A stretch of 52,629 nucleotides of DNA from the NCBI GenBank assembly GCA_964483805.1, contig CAZADH010000011.1, forward strand, positions 1 to 52,629, given 5' to 3'. Origin of the DNA: an uncultured bacterium. GTDB taxonomy: Bacteria; Muiribacteriota; Ozemobacteria; Ozemobacterales; Ozemobacteraceae. This document shows, piece by piece, positions 1 through 10,700 of this stretch (within the stretch, counting starts at the first letter, position 1; each line of letters starts with the position of its first letter). Below the pieces are notes generated by a model. The model was given only the letters and a program-made list of their open reading frames with translations, was not told the origin of the DNA and ran no database searches. Both the position numbers and the translations under genes were made by a program.

Positions 1-1
1 G

Positions 2-229
2 ACCCCCGACCGCTCGGGGGCCATCTCGTATCACTTGATCCACCAACGTTTTCAGATGAAGCTGTGCCTCGATGTGTTGTTCCACGAGTTCGTTCCTGGA
101 AGTGGTCTGAAACCGCGGCGGCCGATGCCCGACAGCACATTGCCGCCGGCGTTGCCGAATCGGGCAAAGGCACGACCCAGCAAGAAAATCAGCGAGAACC
201 CTCGCAACGACAAGAGGTGGCCTTGGTGA
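2..229 (+). CDS. Possible 3' end of an upstream gene (frame open from window start)
   Basis: The frame is open from base 2 to TGA 227-229, which overlaps the GTG start of the next gene (GTGA coupling). There is no recognisable domain. Confidence 0.25.
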   Translation, partial: TPDRSGAISYHLIHQRFQMKLCLDVLFHEFVPGSGLKPRRPMPDSTLPPALPNRAKARPSKKISENPRNDKRWPW

Positions 230-582
230 CCTACGCACTCTATCTCGTCTGGGGCGTCGCCATCGGCGTCATCAGCGGCTTTCTCGGCATCGGCGGTGGC
301 GTCGTCATCATTCCGACGCTGATCTACATGTTTGGGTTGAGCCAACTGCAAGCGCAGGGAACCTCGCTCGCACTCATGGTGCCGCCCATCGGTCTGTTCG
401 CCGCATACCGCTACTATCAAGACGGCAACGTCGTGCTGCCCATCGCCATTCTTGGCGCAATCGGGTTCTTCGCCGGCGGCTACCTCGGTGCTGGCCTCGC
501 CCACTACGTCAGCGCCATGGTGCTGCGGCGTGCATTCGGTGTATTGCTGCTTCTGCTCGGCGGCAAGATGCTACTGGGCTGA
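226..582 (+). CDS. Small TSUP (TauE/SafE sulfite exporter) family membrane protein
   Basis: Contains the GFLGIGGGVVIIP motif, QLQAQGTSLA and four hydrophobic helices. SD GAGGTG at 214-219 precedes GTG 226, so the ORF-track start at 64 looks over-extended. Confidence 0.85.
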   Translation: MTYALYLVWGVAIGVISGFLGIGGGVVIIPTLIYMFGLSQLQAQGTSLALMVPPIGLFAAYRYYQDGNVVLPIAILGAIGFFAGGYLGAGLAHYVSAMVLRRAFGVLLLLLGGKMLLG

Positions 583-586
583 CCGC

Positions 587-1210
587 CTATCTGTGCCAGG
601 TCAGCACGCTGCCGAGTTCGGGTTTTTTGGGCATCGGTGCACCGCCCTCGGGCCAGCCGACGGGGATGACGGCACCGAGCCGCCACGGCCGCTCGACCCG
701 CAACAACTGGATCAGCCGCTCCTCCGCCAACAGCGGCCCACTCATCCAGCATGCGCCCAGACCTTTCGCCTGCAACCCGAGCAGGCAGGCATGCATCGCC
801 CCGCCAAACGCCTGGATCTCGGCAAGCCCCTCGATCGGGTTGTCATCGCCGTCGCCCGCCGGCAGCCGTGAGACAAACACCCGGTACAAGCCGATCAGCA
901 CGACGGGCGCCTGATCGAAGAAGGTGAACCAGCGGCTGTAGCGCCGGAATTCCTCGGCCGTCGTTTCGTCGAGCCGCCCCGCCACCTCTTCGACCCGTGT
1001 CAACACGGCCTGACGCATCGCCTGCAACTGCAACGGTTCGTTGACCGCCACGAACCGGTAACACAACCGATTCGTCGGCGTCGGCGAGAAACGCACGCTT
1101 TCGAGCACCGACTCGAGCACCGCCGGATCGACGGGTTCGTGTTTGTATTGCCGCACGCTGCGGCGCTGCCGCATCAACTCGCTGAAACTGCGAAAGAGTT
1201 CGTCAGCCAT
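587..1210 (-). CDS. Nitroreductase family protein
   Basis: Motifs RRSVRQY, SPTPTNRLCYRFVAV, APVVL and GLGACWMS, plus GAVIPVGWP. Confidence 0.9.
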   Translation of the reverse strand: MADELFRSFSELMRQRRSVRQYKHEPVDPAVLESVLESVRFSPTPTNRLCYRFVAVNEPLQLQAMRQAVLTRVEEVAGRLDETTAEEFRRYSRWFTFFDQAPVVLIGLYRVFVSRLPAGDGDDNPIEGLAEIQAFGGAMHACLLGLQAKGLGACWMSGPLLAEERLIQLLRVERPWRLGAVIPVGWPEGGAPMPKKPELGSVLTWHR

Positions 1211-1331
1211 TTCGGCCTCCTCGATTACTCGCCTGCACCGCTCTTGACTCTACCAGCATCCGCCCGCTCTGCAAAGAGCAAGCTGGGTTTCAGGTGACTC
1301 CCCAAGGTCATGCGGGGCCAGGCCCGGTCCG

Positions 1332-1724
1332 TCAGTGCTCGGCGAACACGAACCGCACGGCCACGATGCCGAGGCAGACCATAAACGTGTACCAGAAGTG
1401 ATACCGCGCGTCGCGCTCTCCTTGCCTGCCGCGATCCTGGTAGCGCCACGAGGCGATGCAATACGATGTATATCCTGCGCCGATCGGGGCAGCAATCATG
1501 TTGGCAATCCGCAAAGCATCGTATCCGATGAGCGTGTGCGGAAAGAGCGTCAGCGAGATGCCCCCGAGAAACAACCCAAGAAACAGGCATGCCACGATCT
1601 CGACCGCATCCCGCTGCTCGCGCGCATCTTTGCGGCCAAAGAGAAACTCGAACGGAATGCTGACCACCACTTCGAGAAACAACTCGAGAAAGAACTGCAG
1701 GACAATCACAAACAACTCTTCCAT
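1332..1724 (-). CDS. Hypothetical membrane protein
   Basis: 130 aa with about four hydrophobic segments. It starts 8 nt after the lpxK stop. Confidence 0.7.
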   Translation of the reverse strand: MEELFVIVLQFFLELFLEVVVSIPFEFLFGRKDAREQRDAVEIVACLFLGLFLGGISLTLFPHTLIGYDALRIANMIAAPIGAGYTSYCIASWRYQDRGRQGERDARYHFWYTFMVCLGIVAVRFVFAEH

Positions 1725-1731
1725 GGTCGAC

Positions 1732-2823
1732 CTACCTTCCCACCGGAAACTTTACGCCGCCCCGTGCGAGGGCCGCGACCAGCGAACCCCCGCCCCGCGG
1801 TTGCATGGCGATCACCAACGCGCGTAACCGATGCTGTTGTGCCCAGGCCACCGGCAATTTGACCAGATCTTTCTCGGTGCAGACCAACGTGGCATCACAC
1901 TGCGTCGCCGCTGCCGCGACCGCCTCGAGGTCACCGGCAGAGAAGCGATGGTGATCGCGAAACCATCGCTCCCCAATGACCTGGGCGCCCAACGCCACCA
2001 ATTGTCGGGAGAACGCCTCGGGATGGCCGATCGCCGCAAAGGCGAAGCATCGACTCGGCGCCTTTCCCTCGGCGCCAACGCCATCGACCCAACCCACGGG
2101 TTGCGTCTCGAGGACCACCCGCGGCACCGCGGGCGCAATGGCCGCCAACCACTCTTCGACCTCGGCCACGGCCGCCGGCGCGACCTGCTCGGCCCGGGTC
2201 AGCAACAGCGCGGATGCCTCGCGCAACCGTTCGACCGGCTCGCGCAACCGCCCCGCCGGAAGCAAACGATCGACGGCGGGTGGACGCGTGATGTCAATAC
2301 AAACGAGGTCAATGTCGCGGCGCAACCGTCGATACTGAAACCCATCGTCGAGCAGAATCAGCTCGGGCGCCACCAACGACTCGAGCAATCGCGCAGCATG
2401 CGCCCGATTCTTGCCGACACCGATGGCCACGTGCGGGAATCTGCGGCGCAGCAGCACCGTCTCGTCGGTCAATCCCTCGGGCAGATACCCCGCGGCCGGC
2501 AAAATCAGGCAACTGCGCTCGTAGCGGCTGCGATACCCACGCGTCAGCACCGCCAGACGGCTCGCACCCATGCCCGTGAGCTCATGCAGCAGGGCAAACA
2601 GCACCGGCGTCTTGCCGGTGCCACCCATCGACAGGTTGCCGACCGAAACAACCGGAGCGCGACAGCGGTGCACGAGAAACGGAAAGCTGCGAAAGAACCC
2701 GCGTTCGAGCCGCCACAGGGTGCGGTAGAGCGCGACCAGGGGTGCCCATGCGCCGACACCAGGCAGCAGGCCCGGTGACCTCTTGACCTCACCCGCATGC
2801 TCCGCGGCCGGTCCGTGGTTCAT
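1732..2823 (-). CDS. lpxK: Tetraacyldisaccharide 4'-kinase
   Basis: VVSVGNLSMGGTGKTP P-loop, LTRGY, LDDGFQYRRLRRDIDLV, LPAGRLREP, FRDHH and CTEKD. Confidence 0.95.
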   Translation of the reverse strand: MNHGPAAEHAGEVKRSPGLLPGVGAWAPLVALYRTLWRLERGFFRSFPFLVHRCRAPVVSVGNLSMGGTGKTPVLFALLHELTGMGASRLAVLTRGYRSRYERSCLILPAAGYLPEGLTDETVLLRRRFPHVAIGVGKNRAHAARLLESLVAPELILLDDGFQYRRLRRDIDLVCIDITRPPAVDRLLPAGRLREPVERLREASALLLTRAEQVAPAAVAEVEEWLAAIAPAVPRVVLETQPVGWVDGVGAEGKAPSRCFAFAAIGHPEAFSRQLVALGAQVIGERWFRDHHRFSAGDLEAVAAAATQCDATLVCTEKDLVKLPVAWAQQHRLRALVIAMQPRGGGSLVAALARGGVKFPVGR

Positions 2824-4991
2824 GACGCTGTCCGCCCGGCCACCGACAACAGCAGCTTCTCAACGCCCTCGACCAACGCGCGATACGGATTTACCCGCGC
2901 AAAAGAGGCCACCGCACCCATACTCAACTCGGCCCATTTGCCTTCGTCGAGGGCGGCTGCGAACGCACGCTGCAACCCGGCTCCATCATTGGCCTCGACC
3001 AGCAGGCCGTCGGTCTCAGGCGTCACCAACTCGGGAATGCCGCCGACCCGCGTCGCAATACACGGTATGCCCCAGCGAAACCCTTCGAGCAACGACAACG
3101 GGATGCCTTCCCCGAGCGAGGGCAATAGCAGCCAATGAACCCGAGGCAGGAAGGAGTGCAGATCGTCGCGATGCCCCCACCAGCGCAGTCGACCGGCCAA
3201 CGGACCCGCACCGAATCGTTGTCGCAACGGTCCCAGTTCGGGACCATCGCCGAACAGCCACAACTCGAACTTCGGCAGGCGATCGACGGCTTGTTCGAGG
3301 GCCGCAAGCGCCCAGGCATGACCCTTGTTGGCATGAAACCGCGCCACCACGCCGATCACCCAAGGCGGTCCGGGCTCGATCGTGCGCGGGCAGGCCGCGC
3401 CGGGAATGCCGTTGGGCAACGTCGCCACCCGTTCGGCAGCAATGCCCTGGTCGACGAGATGGCGCGCCACCGCGGTCGACACGGCCACGAGGCGATCGGC
3501 CCGGCGGTAATACGAGGCGCGATTCAGACCATGCACATGCCCCACCGTCGGCACCCCCAACCATCGGCCCATCAAGCCGCCCACCAAGGCGGCGCGATTC
3601 AGATGTAAATACATTGAGCTTACATCATGCCGACGGGCCAGTGCACCGATGCGCGCGCCCAGAAACAGCCCGCCCGCCCGCAAAGAAACGCCGTGGGTCG
3701 TGGCCAATCGCGCCACCCCGGACTCCTCACCACGCCAGAGCCGGGCCAGTTTGCCCTCACCGCAGACGCAGGTCGCGGTCCAACCGCGTTCGCCCAGCGA
3801 TCGGGTCAGGTGGCCGGCGAGATTCTCGCCGCCGCCGGTGCGCCGCGAACTGACGGCGACCAGGACCCGGCGAGGCCGCACCGCGTTCAACCCGTCGTAG
3901 AGCTCCTCGTATGCGGCAACCATGCGTGTCGCCGAGAAATCGGCGGCAATGCGTGCTCGAGCGCACGTCCCCCGGCGGCGGCGTTCGTCCGGGCGTGAGG
4001 CGGCTTCCTGCAACACCGCCGCCAGGGCCGCAGCATCCCCCGACCGCACCCGCCAACCGTCGGTGCCTTCGCGCACCAGTTCGCGCAACCCGCCCACATC
4101 GCCGACGACCACCGGCAGACCGTGGGCCATCGCCTCGGCGGCACTGAGGCCGAACGCCTCGTCGTGCGAGGGCGCGGCGAAGAGCACGAGATTCGCAAAA
4201 AATGCGGCACTTGCTGGACCGGCGCCGAGAAACGACACCGCGTCGGCCAGTTGCAGCCGCGCCACCAAGGCGACCAACGCCTCGCGTTCGCGCCCATCAC
4301 CGAGAATGCGCAATCTGATCGGCACCCCGGCATCCCGACAGCGTGCCACCGCCTCGATGAGGGTAGCGAAACCCTTCGCGACATGCAGGCGCCCACAGGC
4401 CCCCACGGCAAAATCGGTGCCCGTCGGGTCGGCCCGGAGGTCGACCACCGGCTCGACACCCGGATGAATGACCCGCCGGCGACCGGCCGGCACGCGGCGG
4501 ATCGTCGCTTGATACCAGTCGGCCAACGCCTGCGAAGGGAAGGTCAGCACATCGGCCCAGGTGGCCAGTCGCCGTTCAACACGGTGATAACACGGTGTTT
4601 CCCGCCCGTGCACCGACACGACCAGGGGCGTCGACGCGCACACCTGCCGACGCGCCAGGCGCGCCCAGGCGGCGGCGCGAAACAGATGGGCATGAATCAC
4701 GGCCGGCCGCCGCTCGCGCAGCAGTCGCGCCAACGACAACGCGGCCGGAACATCGCAGCCGCGTTCGCCCAGGATCACCACCTCGGCCCCGGCCCGCTCG
4801 AGCGCACCCCGCATCGGTCCGTCGCGAAACGCCGCGACGAGCGGGTGACTGCCGGACCGCGCCAATCCCGCAGCCAGTGTAGCCACCACGGTCTGGGCAC
4901 CACCGTAGGTCAAGGCGTTGATGACGTGCAGAACGTTGCGGCACGACGCCGGCTCACAGTTCATCGATGTTACCGCGCATGCGATAGACAA
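2820..4991 (-). CDS. Glycosyltransferase with two tandem GT4 (GT-B) modules
   Basis: Module 1 has GGAQ, PSHDEAFGLSAAEAMAHG and DVGGLRELV. Module 2 has GGGE, PSLGEGIPLSLLEGFRWG and RVGGIPELV. The stop overlaps the lpxK ATG. An alternative start is at 4964. Confidence 0.9.
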   Translation of the reverse strand: MSIACAVTSMNCEPASCRNVLHVINALTYGGAQTVVATLAAGLARSGSHPLVAAFRDGPMRGALERAGAEVVILGERGCDVPAALSLARLLRERRPAVIHAHLFRAAAWARLARRQVCASTPLVVSVHGRETPCYHRVERRLATWADVLTFPSQALADWYQATIRRVPAGRRRVIHPGVEPVVDLRADPTGTDFAVGACGRLHVAKGFATLIEAVARCRDAGVPIRLRILGDGREREALVALVARLQLADAVSFLGAGPASAAFFANLVLFAAPSHDEAFGLSAAEAMAHGLPVVVGDVGGLRELVREGTDGWRVRSGDAAALAAVLQEAASRPDERRRRGTCARARIAADFSATRMVAAYEELYDGLNAVRPRRVLVAVSSRRTGGGENLAGHLTRSLGERGWTATCVCGEGKLARLWRGEESGVARLATTHGVSLRAGGLFLGARIGALARRHDVSSMYLHLNRAALVGGLMGRWLGVPTVGHVHGLNRASYYRRADRLVAVSTAVARHLVDQGIAAERVATLPNGIPGAACPRTIEPGPPWVIGVVARFHANKGHAWALAALEQAVDRLPKFELWLFGDGPELGPLRQRFGAGPLAGRLRWWGHRDDLHSFLPRVHWLLLPSLGEGIPLSLLEGFRWGIPCIATRVGGIPELVTPETDGLLVEANDGAGLQRAFAAALDEGKWAELSMGAVASFARVNPYRALVEGVEKLLLSVAGRTAS

Positions 4992-5823
4992 CGAGCCCGA
5001 TCAGCTCGTGCATGGCGTAGTTCAGCAACGCATACGTCGAGTCGCAGGCGCTGTCGACCGATTCGGGGCGTTGCACCGGCGCCGGCAATACACTCAACCC
5101 GGCCTTCGTGAACACCCGTGTCGCCCGCCGGATATGCGGCCCGTTGGTGACGAGCAGAATCGTGCGAATTCCCTGGGGCGGCAAAATGCGAGCGAAGACC
5201 TGGCTTTCATCGCGCGTCGTCAGGCCTTCGCGCACAATCTCGAACTTTCCGGCCGGCAGATTCAGGAGCGCGGCCAGCGACGCAACCCAGTCGGCTTCGC
5301 GCCGCCCCGTCGTCTCATCGACAAAACTGCTCGTACTGAAAAAGATCTTGGGCGCACGCCCGTCGCGGAACAGTTTCACGCCGTGCAGGAATCGCTGCAA
5401 ACCGGCAAACGTCGGGTCACCCTGCTCGTAGAACCCCGACGCGAGCACGACGATCGCATCGGCCTGGCCTGCGGCGGCGGGCAACAGGATCGGTCGCGAC
5501 AGCCAGCGACCGAACGGCACATGCACGGCAAGACACCAAAACACGCCCAAGACTGCGAAGAAATGCACGATCCAACGCCCCGGATCATCGCCGACCTTTG
5601 GCCACGCGCCTCGCCGCACCATGACAAACAGCACGCCGAAAGCGCCGATCGTGACCGTCACCGCCTGGTTGGGTTCGTGCCCGAGTTGCGGCGACAACAC
5701 GATCAAGCCAAACGCCGCAAAGACGACGAGCGGCGCGGCCCACCATCGGCATGCGGCACCGGACGCCGTCGCCGCCGGCGCACTCGTCGTGTGCTCGGGC
5801 AAAGGCTGCGGGTCGATGGTCAT
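4954..5823 (-). CDS. YdcF/ElyC/SanA (DUF218) family membrane protein
   Basis: Motifs ADAIVVLASG, GLTTRDES, LLVTNGPHIRRA and HELIGL. It has N-terminal TM helices and an SD GGAG upstream of ATG 5823. Confidence 0.85.
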   Translation of the reverse strand: MTIDPQPLPEHTTSAPAATASGAACRWWAAPLVVFAAFGLIVLSPQLGHEPNQAVTVTIGAFGVLFVMVRRGAWPKVGDDPGRWIVHFFAVLGVFWCLAVHVPFGRWLSRPILLPAAAGQADAIVVLASGFYEQGDPTFAGLQRFLHGVKLFRDGRAPKIFFSTSSFVDETTGRREADWVASLAALLNLPAGKFEIVREGLTTRDESQVFARILPPQGIRTILLVTNGPHIRRATRVFTKAGLSVLPAPVQRPESVDSACDSTYALLNYAMHELIGLVVYRMRGNIDEL

Positions 5824-5926
5824 TGGGGTGCTCCCTGTTTGTGTCGTGATAGCCGGCATGTTACATAGTTTCGTGACACACACTCAAGCCGCAGCGCACG
5901 ATCGTTTCATGAAGGAGTCGAATTGC

Positions 5927-6478
5927 ATGCGTATCGTTCGAAAACTGTCCGGTACTCTCGTGTTTGCCGTGGCGTTTGCGGTGATCATCACCGCCGGGTG
6001 CACCTCGAACTCGTCGGCGGCCGGCGGTGCGGCCGTGCCGGCCGGTAGCAGCAAGGGCGGTGTGTTCCAGCCGTTCCCCGCGGGCATGTCCACGACCGAT
6101 GGCCAACCGCTTTCACTCGAGCGGTTCAAAGGCAAGATCCTGCTCGTCGATTTCTGGGCCACCTGGTGCCCGCCGTGTCGCGCCGAGGTGCCGCATCTGG
6201 TCGCGGCTTACGACAAGTACAAGGCCAAGGGCTTCGAGATCGTCGGCATCTCGTTCGACAAGGACCGCTCGGCCCTCGACAATTATCTGAGTGCGAACAA
6301 AATGACCTGGCCGCAGTACTTCGACGGCCTCGGTTGGAACAACAAGGTCGGCAAGACCTACGGCATTCGCAGCATTCCCTCGATGGTCCTGCTCGACGGC
6401 GACGGCAAAGTGGTGTCGACCAACCTGCGCAACGGCGGTCTCGAACGCGAACTCGAGAAGTTGCTGCCCAACCGCTGA
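5927..6478 (+). CDS. TlpA-family thiol-disulfide oxidoreductase lipoprotein
   Basis: LVDFWATWCPPC, a lipobox-like ITAGC and YGIRSIP. SD AAGGAG at 5912-5917. Confidence 0.92.
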   Translation: MRIVRKLSGTLVFAVAFAVIITAGCTSNSSAAGGAAVPAGSSKGGVFQPFPAGMSTTDGQPLSLERFKGKILLVDFWATWCPPCRAEVPHLVAAYDKYKAKGFEIVGISFDKDRSALDNYLSANKMTWPQYFDGLGWNNKVGKTYGIRSIPSMVLLDGDGKVVSTNLRNGGLERELEKLLPNR

Positions 6479-6621
6479 CCGGTCGTTTTCGCACGGCGAA
6501 CCCACGTTTCGTTTCGGGGGCATGATGGCAGACGCGTCCGGCGCGCGCGATGTATTGCAGGCGGTGAATGCTTGTGTCGGTGCTGTTTTCCGTGTTACAA
6601 AGTGGTCGCAAGGAGAACCCC

Positions 6622-7680
6622 ATGCTGCACCGCCCATCGCGAGTGAAACCGTCCATCGGCCGAGCGTTGCTGGCGCTTCTTGGCGCGCTCGTCTCGGTCG
6701 TCTCTGCTCTGCACGCCGAGCCCGAATGGGCCTGGCGACGGTGGGAATACATCAACACCCGCGACGTCGAGGTCACGGTCAGGGGTGACAAACCCGAGAT
6801 GCCGGCGGGTGATTGCGCCACCTTCACGGTCACCGTCCGCAACCGCACCGACAAATGCGTCAAGGTCGACTTCTTCGGCGGCCAGCACGCCGACCTGGCG
6901 GTGTATCACCATCGCGCCGAGATCTGGCGCTGGTCGCAATACAATCGATATACGTGGCGCGACGCCCGCCACAGCCTGCCCATCAACCCGGGCGAAACGC
7001 TCACCTTTCCGATGATGTGGAAGTCGGTCGACCGCATGAACCAACCCCTGCCCCAGGGCGATTACCGCATCGTCGGCGTGATCATGTCGACACCCCGCCG
7101 CATGATGTCGAACGCCACGACAATTCGGCTCACGCCGCCCCGGCGCTATCGCGACACGATCTATGTCAAGATCATGCGCCCGTTCGAACTCAAACTGCCC
7201 CGGTTCCTCGACGGCAACCAGGTCTACTGGCACCCCTACTTCGATTACAATGACAACCGCCTCGACGTCATCAACAGCAAAGAAGACGGCGACCAGACCG
7301 TCGTGCGGTTACTTCCCAAGCGGCTCGGCCATGTGACCGTCAATTTTCTCGGCTACAAACCGTTGCGCGGCAAGATGCAATCGAGAGAGCGCCGCGCGTT
7401 TCGCATCGAGGTCGTTGATTACGACCCGTATATGAAAAACAAGAAGAAGCCGCGCCCGACCGCGCGCCCCGCAACTCCACCGCCGACGACCGAACCCGCC
7501 GCCGAACCCTCGTTCACCTCCGACATCGCGGGCACTGGGACCGGCAGCCCCGCGTCTGCAGGTTCGGGCAGCGGCAGCGGCTCGCGCAGTGGCGGCACCG
7601 CCGTCATCACCTCGCTCGACGGCTCCGGCAGCGGGTCCGATTCCGGTTCCGCCAGCCCGGTCGCCACGTCCGCCGAATGA
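6622..7680 (+). CDS. Exported protein with BsuPI-like domain, second Ig-like (chagasin/I42-like) domain and S/G/T-rich tail
   Basis: Signal peptide, then GGQHADLAVY...IWRWS...INPGETLTFPMMW (BsuPI pattern). SD AGGAG at 6611. Confidence 0.7.
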   Translation: MLHRPSRVKPSIGRALLALLGALVSVVSALHAEPEWAWRRWEYINTRDVEVTVRGDKPEMPAGDCATFTVTVRNRTDKCVKVDFFGGQHADLAVYHHRAEIWRWSQYNRYTWRDARHSLPINPGETLTFPMMWKSVDRMNQPLPQGDYRIVGVIMSTPRRMMSNATTIRLTPPRRYRDTIYVKIMRPFELKLPRFLDGNQVYWHPYFDYNDNRLDVINSKEDGDQTVVRLLPKRLGHVTVNFLGYKPLRGKMQSRERRAFRIEVVDYDPYMKNKKKPRPTARPATPPPTTEPAAEPSFTSDIAGTGTGSPASAGSGSGSGSRSGGTAVITSLDGSGSGSDSGSASPVATSAE

Positions 7681-7714
7681 AGCATTGCCCATCCAACCGC
7701 TTGGAGAACAGGTC

Positions 7715-10700
7715 ATGAGCACCACGACGCGCCCGAAGAAGACCATTGAAAACCTGATGATCGAGCTCGGTCTGCTCGACGCCGCCCAACTCGAAAAGGC
7801 GAAGAACATCCAGGCCCAGACCCTCGAACGACTCGAGGATATCCTGTTGCGCATGGGTTTTCTCTCTGAAAACCAGGTGCTCGAAGTGTGGGCGCAGTTT
7901 CTCGACATCGATGTCATCGACCTGACCAACATCAAGATCGATGCCAAGCTGATCTCGATCATTCCCGAGTATCAGGCCAAGCAATACAAAGTAATTCCAC
8001 TCAAGAAAGACGGTAACAAGCTGACCATCGTCATGGCCGACCCGTTCGACATCATGGCCACCGACATGATCGGCTTCCTGACCCAGTGCAAGCTCGAACT
8101 GATGATCGCCCCGCGCGCCCAGATCGAGGACGCGATCAAGCAGTTTTATTCATGGGACGGCTTTTCAGTGTCTGGCGAAGAGACGATCACCGGCGAAGAT
8201 GGTGAAGACGCCGTGCGGCGTACTTCCGAAGAAGGCCCGGTGGTCCAGTTCCTCAACGCCGTGTTCAAGCAGGCCATCCAGAAGCGCGCCTCCGATATTC
8301 ACGTCGAGCCGCGCGAAGATATCCTGCTGATCAGGTTCCGCATCGACGGCCTCCTGCACGACATGATGACCGGCCCCAAGAGCCTGCTTCTGCCGTTGAT
8401 CTCGCGCGTCAAGATTCTCGCGCACCTCGACATCGCCGAGAAACGCCTGCCGCAAGACGGCCGCCTCAAGGTGCGCATGGAAGGCCACGACATCGACTTC
8501 CGCGTCAGCACGGTGCCCAGCCTGCTCGGCGAAAAGGCCGTGCTGCGCCTGCTGGCCCGCGATTCGGCGTACAACCTCGACGATCTCGGCTTCCTGCCCG
8601 ACGATCTCGAGCGCGTGAAAACCCAGCTCGATGAACCCTACGGCATGGCCCTCGTCACCGGGCCGACCGGCGCCGGCAAGACGACGACGCTGTTCGGCAT
8701 GCTGCGCTATTTCACAAACTCGCAGATCAACATCTTCACGATCGAAAACCCGATCGAGTACCGCATCGACGGCATCACCCAGGTGCAGACCAATGAGAAG
8801 ATCGGCCTCGATTTCGCCATGGGTCTGCGCGCCGCCCTGCGACAAGATCCCGACGTCGTGCTCGTCGGCGAGGTCCGCGACCTCGAAACGGCCGAGATCG
8901 CTTTCCGCGCCAGTTTGACCGGCCACAAGGTGCTCTCGACGCTGCACACCAACAACGCGCCGGCGACCATCAACCGCCTCATCAACATGGGCGTGCCCCC
9001 CTACCTGGTCGCGGCCGCGGTGAAACTGGTCATCGCGCAGAAACTGCTGCACCGCATCTGTCCGCACTGCCGCGCCGAATACCGGCCCTCGCAGAAGACC
9101 ATTCAGCGCTTGAAACTGGCCCCGTCACGGGTCGCCGCGACGACCTTCTACCACGGCGTCGGTTGCAAGGAGTGCAACCAGACCGGCGCCTACGGCCGGC
9201 TCGGGGTCTACGAATCGATGGCCATCAGTGACCAGTTGCGCGATATCATCATGGAAGGCGGCACCGAGCAGGTCGTCCGCCGCGTCGCCCGGCTCAACGG
9301 CATGAAGACGATGCGCGAAATCGCCATCCAACGCGCCTTTGAGGGCATGACCACCCTCGAAGAGGTGCTCGTGGTTACCAGCAGCGACGAAGACTCGACC
9401 AGTTCGGGATTGGCGGCCACCCGCCGCGCCGTTCCCCAGGTCATCCCCTCCGTCGTGGTCGCCTCGAACTTCGCCGCACCCGCCGCCCCTGGCGGGGTTC
9501 CCGTCATGGGTCCGATGGGACCGGTCGCATTGCCAGGGGCTCCCACGGCGATGGTCGCGACGGCACCCGCTCCGTCGCTCGCCTCGGTGCAGGGCATCGA
9601 TCCCGACGATCCCGTTTTCAAATCGGTGTTGGCCAAGTTGTCCGATGAGTTCCTGTTCTTCACCGACGACCAGCTCGCCGAGAAGTTTCAGATCAACCCG
9701 GTGCAGGTGCGCGAGTGCCTGACCCTGCTCGGTCTCGAGCGCAATCGCGAAGCGTTCCTGCAACGTTTCGGCCGGCCTCCCGAGAGCATGAGCGACGACG
9801 AAGCCGCCGAACTGGTGCGCACCGTCGAGGAAAAGCGCGGTCGCGTGCCGTCGCTGGTTTTCGCCCACGATGGATCGGCAAAGCTGTTTGCGCGCGTCAT
9901 GACCGAGGCCGCGCTGCGTCATCTGTCTGAACGCGTGCAAGACCTCGACCTGCTGCCGCTCGATTTCACCGACGCCTTCTGCCGCGAGAACGGTCTCGAA
10001 GACGCACTCGCCTGGGCCGGCGGCAATCGGCACCAACTCGTGGACCTGGCGATGCCCGGCCGGTACAAACCCTGGCAGTTCGACACCGCCGGCACGTGGT
10101 TCACCACCGGCGACCTCGTCGCCAAAACGCGCGAGGCGGTGCAGTGGTTCATGGAACGGCAGGGCATCAGCCCCGAGGAACTCCCCGGGCGCATGACCAC
10201 CGAGAACCTTCATGCCGCGGGGTTGCAGCATCTGCTGGTGCAATACAACAAATCACCGTTTGCCATCGCCGAAGCGGTCTTTCCCGGCCAGTATCATGCC
10301 TGGGAGTTCCCCGAAGATGAAGAGCGCTTGTGGTTCCGCGAAGACCGCCACGAGATCGCCGGCTCGGCGACCCGCTGGCTCATCGAGACCAAACTGGCGA
10401 TTCCGGTCGAAGAGGTGCCGCGACGCATCGGTCTGCGCGATTTCCACCAGCACGGTTTGAGCAAGCTGCTCGACCTGTTCAACCAGAATCTGCACAACGT
10501 ATTGACGAACGCCTACCCCAACCGCTTCCAACCCTGGGAATACGCCGAACAGTCGGATATCTGGCGGGGCGCCGAAGCATTGCAGACGGCGGCGGGCGCC
10601 ACCGACTGGCTCGTCCACGACCGCCTCGGCTGGGAACCGGAAAAGGCCGTAGGCCAGTTGACACGCCGTCATTTCGTCAACAACGGCCTGGGCACGATGC

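Noticed and set aside
64-225. ORF-track N-terminal extension of the TSUP gene
   Set aside because: It is hydrophilic and non-homologous. An SD and GTG at 214-228 give a normal small TSUP protein.
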